Origin: Phoronis australis
Taxonomy: Eukaryota; Animalia; Phoronida
DNA: 64,000 bases
Assembly (NCBI GenBank): GCA_002633005.1
Contig: NMRA01000998.1
Location: forward strand, 10,261-74,260
Reading direction: 5' to 3'
Shown here: positions 62,307 to 64,000 of the stretch, one piece after another
Layout of the letters: every line of letters begins with the position of its first letter
Position numbering within the stretch: the stretch's first letter is position 1
Translations under genes and position numbers: made by a program
Notes under the pieces: model-generated
The model's input: only the letters and a program-made list of their open reading frames with translations
Databases searched by the model: none
What the model was told of the DNA's origin: nothing

Positions 62307-62582
62307 GAAACTTTTTCTTCGAGCAGTCCGTATTTCAGTTCCCAAAATCGTGCTCGAAGAAAAAGTTTGATAACGGGAGTATTTGTTCGAGTTGGAAGGA
62401 ATTAAACACATCGACAACCTCCTCAGGTATTCCTCTATGCGCAAAAGGTATTTAGAACAACATGACTTTGATGGTTTAGTCGGTGCGAGGCATAATTTGC
62501 CGAAAAGCTTCCGGCGTACAGAGCGCCTATAGCCTCTGCATCGCCTCTGGTTCGGACCAACAGAGGCGATGGTCATTGCCTA
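62078..62582. mobile_element. Intact ~505-bp foldback MITE with TAG termini and 9-bp TSD (AGACGTTCT)
   Basis: TSD at 62069-62077 and 62583-62591. Arms of ~230-250 bp are inverted around a 25-nt spacer (62326-62350). Confidence 0.92.
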
Positions 62583-62882
62583 AGACGTTCTCAGCTTCTG
62601 ATCGTCGCCAATAGCCAATACAAATTGGGCACACAATATACTACAAGCTATGACACTCGGGATTCGCCCATATCAAACACAAAACTCAATAAATGTACAT
62701 AAAACAGGGGTCCAACAAACCACAAGCAATATATCTTTCTCCTGGTAATGAACCACCCGTGGAATTCCTTGTCCCGAGTGTCATACCTTGTAGTATTATA
62801 TACAGAGGATGAGGACACCTTTGAATTGCTCATGGTTTGCCGAACCCTTGTTTTGTGTAAATTTATTGAGTTTCGCATTTGA

Positions 62883-63183
62883 TATGGACGACTGTAGTGA
62901 CCCAGTGAAGCACACATGAAATTTTTAGTCCTGAGTGTCATACTGTGTGGTATATATGTATAGTGTATTGGGTACGATCAGAAGCTGAGGACGTCTGAGT
63001 AAAACCACAGGCGTCATCAGCCTCTGAGTCTGAATGGACGACTGTAGTGACCCAGTGAAGAACACATGAAATTTTTAGTCCTGAGTGTCATACTGTGTGG
63101 TATATATGTGTATTGTATTGGGTACGATCAGAAGCTGAGGACGTCTGAGTAAAACCACTGGCGTCATCAGCCTCTGAGTCTGA
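62883..63183. repeat. 151-bp direct tandem duplication within a cluster of older related units
   Basis: atggacgactgtagtgacccagtgaag at 62883 and 63034. Confidence 0.95.
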
Positions 63184-64000
63184 CCGCCCCAAATACACTT
63201 ATAATACAAAAAGTTCGGACACTCGATTTTGTGTGAAGTGAAGCACTCATGGAATTACTAGTTCCGAGTGTGATGCCTTGTGGTAGGCCTATTATTAAAG
63301 ATGATCAGAAGGTGAGGATGCCTGTGATTTACAACTGGGGCGGAGGAATTTCCCGACGATCCATAAGTTAACCATATTATAAACATAAAGGTTGGACACG
63401 GAAATTTTGCCAAGCCTAGGCTGCCAGCTTCAACTGTTCTAAATCCAAGTAAAATCTGTGTGCACCTCCCTCAGACTTGTATTGCATAAACAGGGATATT
63501 CCTGACTACATTTGAACGAGTGTCCTTTGGGTGCCCCTGATGATAAAAATTATGTCTTTTTCAAAAAGTTGTGTCTGGCAGACTTTGTGTAGTTAAGTGG
63601 TAACATACTGAGTTAGGGATTTTTTGGTTTTAAACAAGGTCATTTTATAAACCCAGAGTTTAAATACATTCAAAGCGAAATTAAATTATGTAAGTGACAC
63701 TCAACTAGCATTTAAGGGCGGACCTTCGGCACTGTTTATGAAAAATCCGGATTTGTATGACAGTGATCTGCCATGAACGTCAAAAAATAATCTTGATGAG
63801 CTTCAACATTTTTGTTTGTATATCACCTCTCGAAGGCAGTTGTAATATGATAAATTGAAAGAAGGTATTCAAAAAAATTGTTTTGGTGTTGATTTCGTTT
63901 ATAGTTCCATGCACATTTGAGTTGAAAATACTGAGCAAACCAATTTTTAAAGTCCAACCTTTATGTTTTAATATGTAGCCCAGTGAGTGACCTCATTGGT

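Noticed and set aside
62960-63000. 5S rRNA A-box resemblance of CGATCAGAAGCTGAGG
   Set aside because: The remaining 5S sequence and C box are absent, and the match is too short to support.

Overview
AT-rich, intron-containing eukaryotic DNA from a draft animal assembly with N-gaps. The repeat landscape suggests a marine invertebrate (inference only). I reconstructed three spliced genes exon by exon with consistent phases: CMSS1 (minus, CDS 14208->4607), FARSB (plus, 16302->44206; head-to-head with CMSS1) and cryptochrome DASH (plus, 48196/48220->57667). An intronless 916-aa two-block ankyrin-repeat gene (minus, 41575->38825) is nested antisense in FARSB intron 14. Introns and intergenic DNA hold many minisatellites, MITEs (TA-, 5-bp- and 9-bp-TSD types), a tRNA-derived SINE and LINE remnants. 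Three duplications flank N-gaps (FARSB exons 5-6, CRY-DASH exon 8, 60.3-62.3 kb) and are most likely uncollapsed haplotypes or contig overlaps. I found no unambiguous new multi-gene system. The best leads are the nested ankyrin gene, a D-box/E-box module upstream of CRY-DASH, an amplified splice-donor array in FARSB, and a repeat with CTCF-like motifs at roughly 150-bp spacing. All identifications come from reading the sequence and recalled family motifs; no searches were run.
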